Shown one piece after another: positions 1-9,673 of a stretch of DNA of 32,000 bases; within the stretch, counting starts at the first letter, position 1, and the number at the start of each line of letters is the position of its first letter. The stretch covers positions 420,001 to 452,000 of the forward strand of contig NZ_AP028907.1 of assembly GCF_036323395.1 (NCBI RefSeq), read 5' to 3'. Below the pieces are notes generated by a model that saw only the letters and a program-made list of their open reading frames with translations, was not told the DNA's origin and searched no databases. This DNA comes from Pyrodictium abyssi. Its GTDB lineage: Archaea > Thermoproteota > Thermoprotei_A > Sulfolobales > Pyrodictiaceae. Position numbers and translations under genes: made by a program.

Positions 1-1517
1 GCGCGGTAGAGCTCTACGCGGGCCCCTTCATAAGGCGCGACGGCCTAGACTACCGCGCAGTGAAGCAGGGCGTACAGAGGCTCATCTACAACCTCAACTT
101 CCCCAGCCGCACAGGCATGCAGACACCGTTCACCAACTTCACGGTGGTCCTGGACGCGGCGCGGAGCAAGCTAGAGAAGGACGACGCAGTCTACGCCGGC
201 GAGCCCGCGGGCAAGCTGGGCGAGTACCTGGACGAGGCCCGCCTCTTCGTGAAAGCTCTCTACGAGGTCCACGGGGAGGGCGACGCCGCGGGCAGGCCCT
301 TCACCTTCCCGATACCCACCGTCATGACGACGAGTAGGATGCTCTTCGACGACCCCGAGGTATTCGAGGCAGTGTTCAACGCTGCGGCACGGAGGGGCAC
401 CGGGTACTGGCTCAACACCAGGGTCGTGGACCCCGACGCGAGCTTCGCCATGTGCTGCAGGATAAACATAGACATGAACGAGCTCCTCCACGCCATGAGG
501 GCCGGGCCCAGGAGCATGAGGATACGCGACATCCGGCGGGAGCTCGAAGAGGCCCGCGAGGAGTACATCCGGAGCCTCGAGCGCCAGAGGATGGGCGGCC
601 TATGGGCCGTACCGGACATAACCGGCAGCAAGGTGGTGATAACGGTCAACCTCCCCAGGCTAGCCCTCGAAGCCCGCGGCGACGACACAGCCTTCACAGA
701 GGCCCTCGACGAGACACTGCGGCTCGTAAGGCAGGGACTAGAGTGGTTCGCCCGGCGCTACGAGAGGCTATCCAAGCTCTACCCAGGCTTCTACAGCATG
801 GTGCTCGACTACCTCCCCGAGGTCTTCCGGCTCACGGGCACCCCGTACTTCCTAACAGTGGGCGTCATAGGGCTCCCCGAGGCAGCAGCGATAATGGCCG
901 GCGACCCCAGAGCCTGGCACGAGGGCAGCAGGAGCCAGTGGCGCGAGATGGCCGAGTGGATGCGCCGGACAGTAGAGCACATCGTGGAGCACACGCGCCG
1001 GTGGAGCATGCGCACCGGGCTAGCCTTCAACGTCGAGGAGGTGCCCGGCGAGAGCGCGGCAGCGAAGCTGGCCAGGAGGGACTCCAGGCTCTACCCACGG
1101 GTCCTCGACTACCTCCCGGACAGGGAGGAGCCGGTCTACAGCACGAGCATAGCGCCCTACTACGCGCCGATGGAGCTATGGGAGCGGGTCGAGGTCGAGG
1201 AGCGGGTGCAGCCAGTCTTCACCGGCGGCGTGATGATGCACATCTTCCTCGGCGAAGAGCCCGACCCAGAAGCGCTCGCGAGCCTGACCCGGAGGCTGAC
1301 CGCGAACACGAGCCTAGTCTACTGGAGCTACACGCCAGCGGTAACAGTATGCCCCAGGTGCGGCTGGAGCGGCGTAGGCCTAGCCACCTCCTGCCCGCGC
1401 TGCGGCTCCGAGACCGAGATATGGAGCAGGATAATCGGCTACTACAGGCCGCTGCGTAACTGGAACCCTGCCCGCCGCCGCGAGTTCTGGACACGCCGCC
1501 ACTACGGCAAGATCTAG
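1..1517 (+). CDS. nrdD: Anaerobic ribonucleoside-triphosphate reductase, C-terminal part (gene runs off the left edge)
   Basis: Frame is open back to the window start before the GTG at 60. Contains NFPSRTGMQTPFTNFT and the C-terminal zinc-finger/glycyl-radical-like tail CPRCGW...CPRCGS...RIIGYYRPLRNWNPARRREFWTRRHYG. Followed by an NrdG-like gene. Confidence 0.93.
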   Translation, partial: AVELYAGPFIRRDGLDYRAVKQGVQRLIYNLNFPSRTGMQTPFTNFTVVLDAARSKLEKDDAVYAGEPAGKLGEYLDEARLFVKALYEVHGEGDAAGRPFTFPIPTVMTTSRMLFDDPEVFEAVFNAAARRGTGYWLNTRVVDPDASFAMCCRINIDMNELLHAMRAGPRSMRIRDIRRELEEAREEYIRSLERQRMGGLWAVPDITGSKVVITVNLPRLALEARGDDTAFTEALDETLRLVRQGLEWFARRYERLSKLYPGFYSMVLDYLPEVFRLTGTPYFLTVGVIGLPEAAAIMAGDPRAWHEGSRSQWREMAEWMRRTVEHIVEHTRRWSMRTGLAFNVEEVPGESAAAKLARRDSRLYPRVLDYLPDREEPVYSTSIAPYYAPMELWERVEVEERVQPVFTGGVMMHIFLGEEPDPEALASLTRRLTANTSLVYWSYTPAVTVCPRCGWSGVGLATSCPRCGSETEIWSRIIGYYRPLRNWNPARRREFWTRRHYGKI

Positions 1518-1581
1518 CACCCCTCCCCGGCGGCCCAGGCCCTTTCCGCGGCAGACGACACGGTCCAAGGGGCACAGCGCC

Positions 1582-2187
1582 TTGCCGCTCATATCGTTTA
1601 TAGGGGTCCACGGCTCCGGGAAGACCTCCACAGCCCGGCTACTAGCCCGGCTCTACCCGGGCTGCTACCTCTACCACGAGCTAGAAGCCATAGACGAGGC
1701 CCACGGGCTACCCCCGGCCGCGCGCCAGCTCCTCTTCCTCTCCAGGTTCGTGGAGGGCTACCTCCAGGCATACAGAGAGTCCCAGAGCACCGGGAAAACA
1801 GTGGTCATGGACAGCCACCCCGTACTAGTGCCGGTCTATAGCCGGTGGTGGCTCCGGGGCCACGCAGAGGACACAGTAGAGGCCATGGAGAAGCTGCTCC
1901 AGGCGCTCCCGCCCGCAGACCTACTCGTCTACATAAGGGCAGGAGACCCCAAGGAGATAGCGCGCCGCATCCTCGCGCGGGGCCGCGCTGTGGCCAGGGA
2001 GGAGGCAGACCCCGAGTACATAGAGTTTATAGACCGCGAAGCCTCGAGGATCGTCGAGGAGTACGGGGCCAGCCTAGCCAGGAGGATAATGGTCCTCGAC
2101 GCCCAGGAGCCCCTCGAGGAGAAGGCCCGCCGGGTACACACGGAGCACGCCAGGCTAGCCGGAGGCACACAGGCTTGCAGCTGCTAG
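1582..2187 (+). CDS. P-loop kinase, deoxynucleoside/thymidylate-kinase-like
   Basis: N-terminal Walker A GVHGSGKTS; LVYIRAGDPKEIARRILARGR resembles the lid region of nucleotide kinases; sits between nrdD and nrdG. Confidence 0.65.
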   Translation: MPLISFIGVHGSGKTSTARLLARLYPGCYLYHELEAIDEAHGLPPAARQLLFLSRFVEGYLQAYRESQSTGKTVVMDSHPVLVPVYSRWWLRGHAEDTVEAMEKLLQALPPADLLVYIRAGDPKEIARRILARGRAVAREEADPEYIEFIDREASRIVEEYGASLARRIMVLDAQEPLEEKARRVHTEHARLAGGTQACSC

Positions 2188-2930
2188 CCGGGGGCTGGAA
2201 AGCCCCGAGCCTAGTAGACGTCCGGGGCCGCGCCACGTTCACCCTCTGGCTCTGCGGCTGCAACCTACGCTGCCCCTTCTGCCACAACTGGCGCCTAGCA
2301 GAAGCAGCCCCCGAAGCCTGCCGCCCAGTGGAGCTCGACACAGTCCTGAAGGCGCTCCACGGAGCCGCTAGGCTAGTAGACATGCTCCACGTGACCGGCG
2401 GCGAGCCAGCGCTACAGGCCAGGGCTCTGGAGAGGCTGCTAGAGGAGAGCAGGGGCCTAGGCCTAGGTAACAGCATCAACACCAACTGCACTCTCCCCCA
2501 CCTGCTCCAGCCCCTCCTAGACCGCGGCCTCGTAGACCACGTAGCCACCGACCTCAAGACACCCTTCCACACGCTAGCCGGGCTACGGGGAGGGACAGCA
2601 GCCCGGCTCCAGGAAAGGTTCCTCGAATGCCTCAACGCGCTGGCGAGCCACGGGGTGGAGGTCGAGCTACGCATACCGGTGCCCCGCGAGATACCAGGCT
2701 ACACAAGGCTGCTCGAGGAGAGCCTCAGAGAGGCCGCAGAGGCGCTCCACGGCACCAAGTGGTACGTGGTCGTGAACCCGCTCCAGGGCCGCCCCCTCGT
2801 AAACCCCCGCGACGAGGAGTGGTGCGCCAAGCACTGCAGCCCAGACCAGCAGCTCGTCGACATGGTAGTGGAGACGGCGAGGAGGCACGCCACGAGAGTG
2901 TACGTCAACTGGGTGCTCTCCACGGTCTAG
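2175..2930 (+). CDS. nrdG: Anaerobic ribonucleotide reductase activating protein, radical SAM (likely TTG start at 2175; ORF track extends it upstream)
   Basis: LWLCGCNLRCPFCHNW gives CxxxCxxC; LHVTGGEPALQ motif; adjacent to nrdD. Upstream part of the ORF track overlaps the kinase gene in another frame and looks non-coding. Confidence 0.87.
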   Translation: MQLLAGGWKAPSLVDVRGRATFTLWLCGCNLRCPFCHNWRLAEAAPEACRPVELDTVLKALHGAARLVDMLHVTGGEPALQARALERLLEESRGLGLGNSINTNCTLPHLLQPLLDRGLVDHVATDLKTPFHTLAGLRGGTAARLQERFLECLNALASHGVEVELRIPVPREIPGYTRLLEESLREAAEALHGTKWYVVVNPLQGRPLVNPRDEEWCAKHCSPDQQLVDMVVETARRHATRVYVNWVLSTV

Positions 2931-3016
2931 GCGGGGGCTGCCCCTCCGGGAAACCTTCTTAACCCCTCACCGGGGTGTTAGAGACCCTACACATGGCAAG
3001 ACCCGGAGCATTGGGC

Positions 3017-3095
3017 GCGGCGGTCGTCTAGCCTGGACTAGGACGCCGGCCTGCCAAGCCGGCGATCCCGGGTTCAAATCCCGGCCGCCGCACCA
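3017..3095 (+). tRNA. tRNA-Gly (GCC), CCA encoded
   Basis: Acceptor GCGGCGG/CCGCCGC, anticodon loop CTGCCAA in stem CCGGC/GCCGG, T-loop GGTTCAAATCC, 3' ACCA. Confidence 0.95.
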
Positions 3096-3180
3096 CAAAT
3101 CCTCTCCTCTCCACTGCTCCACGCACCGTTCTGTCTGCGCATCTCTCGCTGTTACACACGTGGGTGTGCTGGCTGTCCTG

Positions 3181-3956
3181 TTAGCCTGCTGCAGCTGTGG
3201 TGTTGCCGCGAGGCTGGCTTTGTAAATCCTCCTTGGCCTTGGCTATGCATTGGGCGAGGTTCTCTATGAGGAAGCTGTATATGCGGCATGTCGTCACGTA
3301 TCTGACTGCGTCGGGGTCTGCGCGCATAGTGTAGGAAAAGGACCTGGACCCGTCAGTCCTCAGTATGCCTACAAATACCACACTATCCGGGACCGTGGTG
3401 GTTACGCCATCCGGGCTGTAGCGTAATATAGTGCTTTGCGCCAAGTATGTTTAGCAGCCTTTGCCTGGCTATCTCGTTGGGGACTGTTCTGGCTACTATG
3501 GCTGATATCCTGGAGGCATATACTCCTCTTAGGCCTTACAAACGCGACGCCTTTTCCCGACTCGAACGCCATCTTCAGCAGCTCTACAACAGGTCGTGCC
3601 AGTGTATCGTTGGCTAGTATACTGTCGGCTTTAAGCAGTATCGCGGCTGCATCCTTGTATGTAGACATGATTTCTGGCGTTGGTGCTGGCACTGTTTTAA
3701 CCGTGAAGCCTGCGCCGCTGAGTATCTCGGCAAGGCGTGTATCGTTAAAGCCGACGAGAACTATGGTAGAGCCGTAGATGGTTCTAGCGACTAGTGCTGG
3801 TATAGTGTATATGTTGCAGCTGGTTGTTGTAGTGTAGCCTGCTTCTCTGTGCCACGCTTCGTGCCCATGTAGGCTCAGCAGATATGTTGAGAGAGCGGTG
3901 ATAGCCAGTAGGCCCAGTATAGCGGCGGCTCGTGGTATAGCGGGTGTGGCTGTCAT
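3181..3956 (-). pseudogene. Secreted/signal-peptide protein gene, apparently broken by two frameshifts
   Basis: ORF 3402-3956(-) has a signal-peptide-like N-terminus. A different frame reads GLRGVYASRISAIVARTVPNEIARQRLLNILGAKH over about 3440-3530, then a third frame is the ORF 3181-3444. Confidence 0.5.
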
Positions 3957-4164
3957 AGTATCCCCGGGGCTCGCTGCAGTAGCTTACATCCTTGGCTAAA
4001 TGCAGTGTGTAGGCTTTGTGCAAGGGGATGGATGGCTCTGGCCTCTCCCCGGTGGGGTGGCGCGCAGGATATTACCCGGTAGGCTGTGACACCCGTGTTT
4101 CTGAGCGAGACCGGAGCCCCTAGCCTCTACATGGGCTCCGACGCCCGCTCGGGGAGTAAGCCTA

Positions 4165-4497
4165 ATGGATTTGGGGGCTCTTGCGGCGAGCCTAGTGGAG
4201 CTATACATAGAGAACCCGTTGTTCACAATAGCTGTGGACGCTGTGGCGGCTATAGGCGTTCTCGCGCTAAGCGAGCTACTGCTCCGTAGTCTGCTGCGGG
4301 ACCGCCTCCGTGGCTGGATGATAATAGCTGCTAGGACGGTCCTGGCCTCTGTCCTGGTCCTGGTGCACGAGTACGTCAAGGAGGGCTACTTCTTCAAGGT
4401 CAGCGACCTCTTCGTACTCCCTCCTAAGAGCCATGAGTCGTTCCTGGCCTTCCTCGTGTTCCTGAGCATGGTTCTACGCCGTGCACTGATTATGTGA
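4165..4497 (+). CDS. Small integral membrane protein
   Basis: 110-aa ORF with two to three hydrophobic segments, coding-like composition, at the head of the pilin-like operon. Confidence 0.55.
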   Translation: MDLGALAASLVELYIENPLFTIAVDAVAAIGVLALSELLLRSLLRDRLRGWMIIAARTVLASVLVLVHEYVKEGYFFKVSDLFVLPPKSHESFLAFLVFLSMVLRRALIM

Positions 4498-4676
4498 GGG
4501 CCCAGGAGCCTTCTCGGCAACGAGGCCTACTACTTGTTGAAGCGTTTAATGTATTAGCTGCTATACGTACATCCTACCCGATACTGGGCTGTGTGGGAGC
4601 CCTTACTAAGGCTCCAGGGCTGTGCAGCTCCTGTAGCCTTTGGCACGCTCATGCTGGGTTAGGGGTGCTGCATGGT

Positions 4677-5126
4677 ATGCGGTATCGGGGTATAAGCGAG
4701 CTGGTATCGGCGTCACTGCTAGCGCTGATAGTTGTGGTTATAGGCGGGATAATCGTGGCGAAGATGTTGAGCGAGCTAAACGCTAGGATAAACCAGATAT
4801 CTGAGAACCTTGTGGAGGCTGAGATGAGCCTTAGCCAGGCGGTTGACATAGCTATAGCATACATAGATGGGAACGGGAATCTGCAGCTGGTTGTAGCTAC
4901 TGGCGACTTCCCGGTGAAGCTTCACGGGCTCTACGTCAACTCGACCCTGGCAAGCGGCTGTACTGTCTCTCTGACGACTGGGGAGACAGGGGCGCTTGAG
5001 GGTTTTGATGTACCAGCCTACTCGCTCGCAAGGATAACGTGTAGCTTGGGACCGGGCGCCGTGGCGGCGGATGTGAGGCTAATCTACGAGGGTGGAGAGG
5101 TACACGCCTATGCCCAGAGGATTTAG
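4677..5126 (+). CDS. Type IV pilin/archaellin-like protein with class III-type signal peptide (start refined to ATG 4677)
   Basis: MRYRG-ISELVSASLLALIVVVIGGIIVAKML: short basic leader, then hydrophobic helix, then beta-rich domain. Confidence 0.7.
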   Translation: MRYRGISELVSASLLALIVVVIGGIIVAKMLSELNARINQISENLVEAEMSLSQAVDIAIAYIDGNGNLQLVVATGDFPVKLHGLYVNSTLASGCTVSLTTGETGALEGFDVPAYSLARITCSLGPGAVAADVRLIYEGGEVHAYAQRI

Positions 5127-7908
5127 ATCTGTGGGCAGCCTAGCCGGTATGGTGTTCCTAGCCGTAATGATATTCATGGCTATAGGCTTCGCGTTCGTAG
5201 TGCTCTCTGCATTCGACGAGTACAGCTCGGTAATCCTAGCTATAATGGGCGAGCGCGCCTCCATGCTGGGCGTGACTAGCAGTATAACCGGCTGGTGGAT
5301 GATAGGTGGCAGCGATCTCCTGATACACCTCGAGACTAGCTACCCCAAGTCGTTAACTCTGACGGGAATGGCTGTGCTCTGGGACGACGGCACAGTGACG
5401 ATAATGGACCAGGGTAACGCGACGCTGTACAACGTGGTCATGGTGGTGGGGAAGCCCGACGGGACAACCTATACGGTGTCTAGGCTCCCCGTGGTCCTCG
5501 GCCCCGGCTACCAGGTTAACATAACGCTGGCAGGTTATGCCTCGGGCCGCGAGCCAGTCTCGATATCAGCGAGCCTCAGCGCAAGCCCAGCGGTAGCGGT
5601 AGTGCCGATAAGAAGGTACGTGCCCACCTACACGGTCCCCGTCAACGTTACCGTGACGCCCACGCCAAGCTACAATTACACCCCAGCTTTGGTACAGCTA
5701 CTTCCTATGGTCTTCTCCGGCTACACTACAGCTGTGAGAGTCTACCAGGCGACACTGGGCCCAGAGGAGGCGTTCAGCCCGGCGGGCTACAGCGTCGTCT
5801 ACGGTGTCCGGGTCTCCGGCGACCTAAGCAGCCTATCCGCTAGGGATGGGAACACGCTGAACATACAGTCGCAGAGCTACGTGGTGTGCGAGGCGTACAG
5901 CGGGTGGCGCTACTACCGCGAGGTGGAGATAGTCAACAACAACCCGTACAGCTACCAGGATATACAGGTGAAGATAACGCTAAGCCGTGACAACTTCGAC
6001 TTCACCAAGGCGAACCCCGATGGCAGTGACGTGCGTGTGCTCGCCGAGGACTGTACCCCGCTACCCTACTGGATAGAGAAGTGGGACCCCGACAGGGGCA
6101 AGGCAGTGATATGGGTCAGGATACCATCGATAGAGGCCAACGGCAGAGTAAAGATAATGCTCGTCTACGGCAACCCGTCCGCTACGAGCCACGACCCACA
6201 GTACTACGGGCTCGACAAGGTGATGGAGCGGCTACCGGCCGAGGACGGCCCAGGCTACACGATATACTACCAGGAGTGGGTTATGCCGGTAAGCGGCCTC
6301 ATAGGCGGCGGCACGGCTATGGGCTGGCACGCCGACGACGGGGCCTGGAGGTACACGCTCCCGTTCAGCTTCCCGTTCTACAGTAAGACGCTCACACAGG
6401 TGTACGTGTGCAGCAACGGCTTCATATCGGAGAAGCGCATAACAGACTTCTCCGACAGCCTCTACGAGCTCCGGTCAAGGCTGATGATAGCCCCGTTCTG
6501 GGAGGACCTAATGACGTGGAGGCCATACGACATATACATACGGACCGACTACAGAGACGAGTACGGAAGAGCCGTAGTCATACGCTGGTACACCGACTTC
6601 TACTACCGCTACGGCGTAGCAAACTTCGAGCTAGTCCTCTACGAGAACGGCCTCATAAGGTTCAACTACGGGAGGATAGACGGCCGGAGCTACGACCGGC
6701 CGACAGTAGGCCTATCCCTCGGCGACCGCAAGCACTACACGGTCTCGACCTACAACGACAAGACCGCCGATAATCTCAGCAACGCGGCCTCGGTGATGTT
6801 CTGGCCCCGCAAGAAGCCCCAGACTGAGTTCACAGCAACAGTTGGCCAGGAGAAGCTGTTCTCCGTCTACAGGGCTGGCGTCGAGATAAGCTACCCCCTG
6901 GAAGGCATGGCGTCTATAACGGGGCTCGAGGTCTACGCTAACGACCCTGGCACACCCTACAGCTACGAGGTATTGATAATCGCTGGCGGCGTCCCCGTCT
7001 ACACGGTCTCCGGCGAGGACCAGAGCGGTCCGCTCAGCATCAGCCTATCTGGGCTAAGAATACCAGTCGACGGCCCAGTAACGGTCCGAGTGGTCGTGAC
7101 ACGGTTCTCCGGGTTCCAGCTACAGCTGGACCAGGTAAGGCTAACCGTGAACCGGATAACCATGACCGGCAGCAGGATAGCAATAGCGAGCTCCAATACG
7201 AGCACACTACTCCTATACGACCCGGCCACCGGGGCGTCGGCCCAGATAGACCTGGCTACGGGAGGCTTCCCAGCCACCGGCGTGACGCTCCTAGCAATGG
7301 ACTCCATGGTGCGCGGCGTGTCCACCTGGCTATGGGTGGTACGCGGCGACCTCGCGGTCCCCTACGACCTGTTCAACGAGACATGGGTGGCTGACCACGC
7401 TATAACGCTGGCAACAGCTGTGGCAGAGGGAGGCTTCGTCGCCTCCAATGGTACGCACCTCTACGTGTACCCTGGCGGCGGCGCGAGCCGGGTGTACGTC
7501 TACAGCATAGAGACCGGCGTAGTGATGAACACGATACAGCTGCCAGTAGCGCCCGGCACATACACCTCGACAGCCCAGGCGGGCATGGCGCTCTACATAC
7601 ACACGGGCGAGGCGGGCAGGCTCCTAGCACTAAACCTCGTCACCGGCGAGGTAACAGAGCTGGGCACAACGCCTAGCATTTACCCCGTGGGCATGGCCTA
7701 TGACCCGGACCGCGGGAGGCTCTGGGTAGTCCTGCGCGGCGGCGGAGTAGAGTACTACGACCTCTCGGCCGGCCGCTGGGAGGCCTACTCGGTGGCGATG
7801 CCCTACTACCCGCTGAACCCCGGCGACCGGCTCGTGTATATAGATAATAGGCTCTACCATGTAAGAAACGATGGGACTAGTAGCCTGCTAGAGCTACAGC
7901 TCGGCTAG
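5110..7908 (+). CDS. Large surface protein: pilin-like N-terminus, DUF2341-like and beta-sandwich regions, C-terminal propeller-like region
   Basis: MPRG-FRSVGSLAGMVFLAVMIFMAIGFAFVVLSAF; REVEIVNNNPYSYQDIQVKITL...KIMLVYGNPSATS (DUF2341-like); FPFYSKTLTQVYVCSNGFIS (nidogen-like); repeated ...LYIHTGEAGRLLALNLVTGEVTELG blades. Confidence 0.75.
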   Translation: MPRGFRSVGSLAGMVFLAVMIFMAIGFAFVVLSAFDEYSSVILAIMGERASMLGVTSSITGWWMIGGSDLLIHLETSYPKSLTLTGMAVLWDDGTVTIMDQGNATLYNVVMVVGKPDGTTYTVSRLPVVLGPGYQVNITLAGYASGREPVSISASLSASPAVAVVPIRRYVPTYTVPVNVTVTPTPSYNYTPALVQLLPMVFSGYTTAVRVYQATLGPEEAFSPAGYSVVYGVRVSGDLSSLSARDGNTLNIQSQSYVVCEAYSGWRYYREVEIVNNNPYSYQDIQVKITLSRDNFDFTKANPDGSDVRVLAEDCTPLPYWIEKWDPDRGKAVIWVRIPSIEANGRVKIMLVYGNPSATSHDPQYYGLDKVMERLPAEDGPGYTIYYQEWVMPVSGLIGGGTAMGWHADDGAWRYTLPFSFPFYSKTLTQVYVCSNGFISEKRITDFSDSLYELRSRLMIAPFWEDLMTWRPYDIYIRTDYRDEYGRAVVIRWYTDFYYRYGVANFELVLYENGLIRFNYGRIDGRSYDRPTVGLSLGDRKHYTVSTYNDKTADNLSNAASVMFWPRKKPQTEFTATVGQEKLFSVYRAGVEISYPLEGMASITGLEVYANDPGTPYSYEVLIIAGGVPVYTVSGEDQSGPLSISLSGLRIPVDGPVTVRVVVTRFSGFQLQLDQVRLTVNRITMTGSRIAIASSNTSTLLLYDPATGASAQIDLATGGFPATGVTLLAMDSMVRGVSTWLWVVRGDLAVPYDLFNETWVADHAITLATAVAEGGFVASNGTHLYVYPGGGASRVYVYSIETGVVMNTIQLPVAPGTYTSTAQAGMALYIHTGEAGRLLALNLVTGEVTELGTTPSIYPVGMAYDPDRGRLWVVLRGGGVEYYDLSAGRWEAYSVAMPYYPLNPGDRLVYIDNRLYHVRNDGTSSLLELQLG

Positions 7909-7951
7909 CCAGTAGCTCGGCGCCCGCCGCCCCACCGGAGGCTGGCAGGAA

Positions 7952-9349
7952 GTGGCCCAGCGTGGCGCCGGTAGACGGGCAGTCGGCACGCTAGTAGGCG
8001 CAGCTATAGCCGCGCTCATACTCCTAATGGTGATAGGCGTCTTCATGGTCCTATCTGGCTTCCTTAGCAACTATAGCAAGATGGTTACAAGGCTCTCCAA
8101 GGAGCGTGCACAGTCCCCAGTAATAGCGAGCGCCGTGGACGCCGTGTGGAGCGTCAGCGGCTCCGACATAACCGTACAGCTAGAGTCGCGGTACAGCCGG
8201 ACCATACTCCTCACCGGCGTCGCGATACTGTGGAGTGACTCGAGCCTAACAATAGTAGACCGGTGGAACAGCACCAGCAACGTCGACATAGTGGTCGAGA
8301 CGCCCGACGGTAACACGTACACGGTACAGGGGTTCCCCGTGGGCATAGGGCCGGGTTATAGGGTAAACGTGACGCTCACCGGCTACGCTAGCGGCCGGCA
8401 GCCAGTCACCGTGCAGCCGATAGTAAGCGGCAGCCCATCCGTGATAGCAGTGCCCGCGGCAGCGGCTAGCCGGTCCCCCGCGCTCTTCCTGCTCAACACG
8501 ACAGCCCTAGACTGCACAGTCACATGGCTAGGCGGGGCCACGGTTAACGGCGCGCCCATAACAGCGCTCATCGTGGCCCCCGGGGGCTCGGCCAGGATAG
8601 ACATCTACAACGCCAGTGGTGCAGCCGTGGAGTACCTCTACAGCATAGACGCCTACACAGTGTTCAACTGCAGCGCAGACATCGCCTACGACACAGCAAC
8701 CCAGGCACTATACCTAGTCAACACGAGCGGCGTATACCAGCGCACACTAGACCAGGCAGACCAGTGGCAGCTCCTCAACACTGACTGTGCCGCGCAGGGA
8801 CCGGGCGCACGCGCTGAGGTCCTAGCGACGGCTAACGGCAGGTACCTGCTGGTTATACGCGGAGGCGGGAGCAGCTACTGCATCATACAGCTTGACACAC
8901 CCGGAGGCCAGCGCAGAAACACCCAGCTGGGCATAACCGGGACGATGACCGCTGGCGGCCGCACGCTCGAAGCTGGCAGCTACACTGTCTCAGCGGCGTG
9001 CGGCGATACAGCCTACATACTACTCTACGACGCCGAGAACAACGAGCCCTACATAGCCTCGTTCAACGCCACCAAGGGGGCCACCGGAGCCTCAACCGGA
9101 TGGGCAATAGTAGCCCGCGCCCCCAGCCGCTACAGCACCGGGATGGCCTGCACCGGCACAGAGCTATGGATACTCTACGAGCGCGGCAGCATCTACACGG
9201 TAGACACGGAGATAGCAGCGATAAGCTATGTGCCAGTAGAGCTGCCCTTCTACCCCTGGGGGCCAGGAGACCGGCTAGAATACACGGACAACACCCTGGT
9301 ATTCGCCCGGGGCGACGGCACAGCAGAACTCTGGCTAATACCAGCCTAG
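7952..9349 (+). CDS. Paralog of the preceding surface protein, lacking the central region
   Basis: Shares GSDITVQLESRYSRTILLTGVAILWSD...GPGYRVNVTLTGYASGRQPV at the N-terminus and YPWGPGDRLEYTDNTLVFARGDGTAEL at the C-terminus with the 5110-7908 product. Confidence 0.75.
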   Translation: MAQRGAGRRAVGTLVGAAIAALILLMVIGVFMVLSGFLSNYSKMVTRLSKERAQSPVIASAVDAVWSVSGSDITVQLESRYSRTILLTGVAILWSDSSLTIVDRWNSTSNVDIVVETPDGNTYTVQGFPVGIGPGYRVNVTLTGYASGRQPVTVQPIVSGSPSVIAVPAAAASRSPALFLLNTTALDCTVTWLGGATVNGAPITALIVAPGGSARIDIYNASGAAVEYLYSIDAYTVFNCSADIAYDTATQALYLVNTSGVYQRTLDQADQWQLLNTDCAAQGPGARAEVLATANGRYLLVIRGGGSSYCIIQLDTPGGQRRNTQLGITGTMTAGGRTLEAGSYTVSAACGDTAYILLYDAENNEPYIASFNATKGATGASTGWAIVARAPSRYSTGMACTGTELWILYERGSIYTVDTEIAAISYVPVELPFYPWGPGDRLEYTDNTLVFARGDGTAELWLIPA

Positions 9350-9469
9350 CAAGCCCAGCAAGACAGCCACACCGGCAAAGGGGATGAAACACCTAATAAC
9401 CCCTGGGCTGGGTCTAGAAGACTCCATGGCCGCGGCCGGCCACGTAGCAGGAAGCAGAGCTGTGCGGGT

Positions 9470-9547
9470 GCCGCGGTAGTATAGCCCGGCCAAGTATGCG
9501 GGCCTTTCAAGCCCGTGACCCGGGTTCAAATCCCGGCCGCGGCACCA
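9470..9547 (+). tRNA. tRNA-Glu (TTC), CCA encoded
   Basis: Acceptor GCCGCGG/CCGCGGC, anticodon loop CTTTCAA in stem CGGGC/GCCCG, T-loop GGTTCAAATCC, 3' ACCA. Confidence 0.95.
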
Positions 9548-9673
9548 AACCATTGCACCAAACCATTCTTTACTGTCTATACGGCTCCTTGCCAGCCAGC
9601 TATGAGGTGTGGCCACATATTACACATAAAGCCTTGGAGTCAATGGTGTAAGTCTATGCGGTGTCCTTGAGCC

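Noticed and set aside
452-1459. 335-aa overlapping plus-strand ORF inside nrdD
   Set aside because: Shadow ORF of a high-GC gene: His/Arg/Pro-rich, no domain, while the other frame encodes clear NrdD.
1845-2174. N-terminal extension of the radical SAM ORF in the track
   Set aside because: Overlaps the kinase gene in another frame and has Arg/Pro/Gly-rich shadow composition; radical SAM homology begins only after about 2175.
9335-9616. Minus-strand ORF of 93 aa (MVWCRGRDLNPGHGLERPAY...)
   Set aside because: It reads antisense through tRNA-Glu; the WCRGRDLNPGHGLERP stretch is a classic spurious translation of a tRNA complement.
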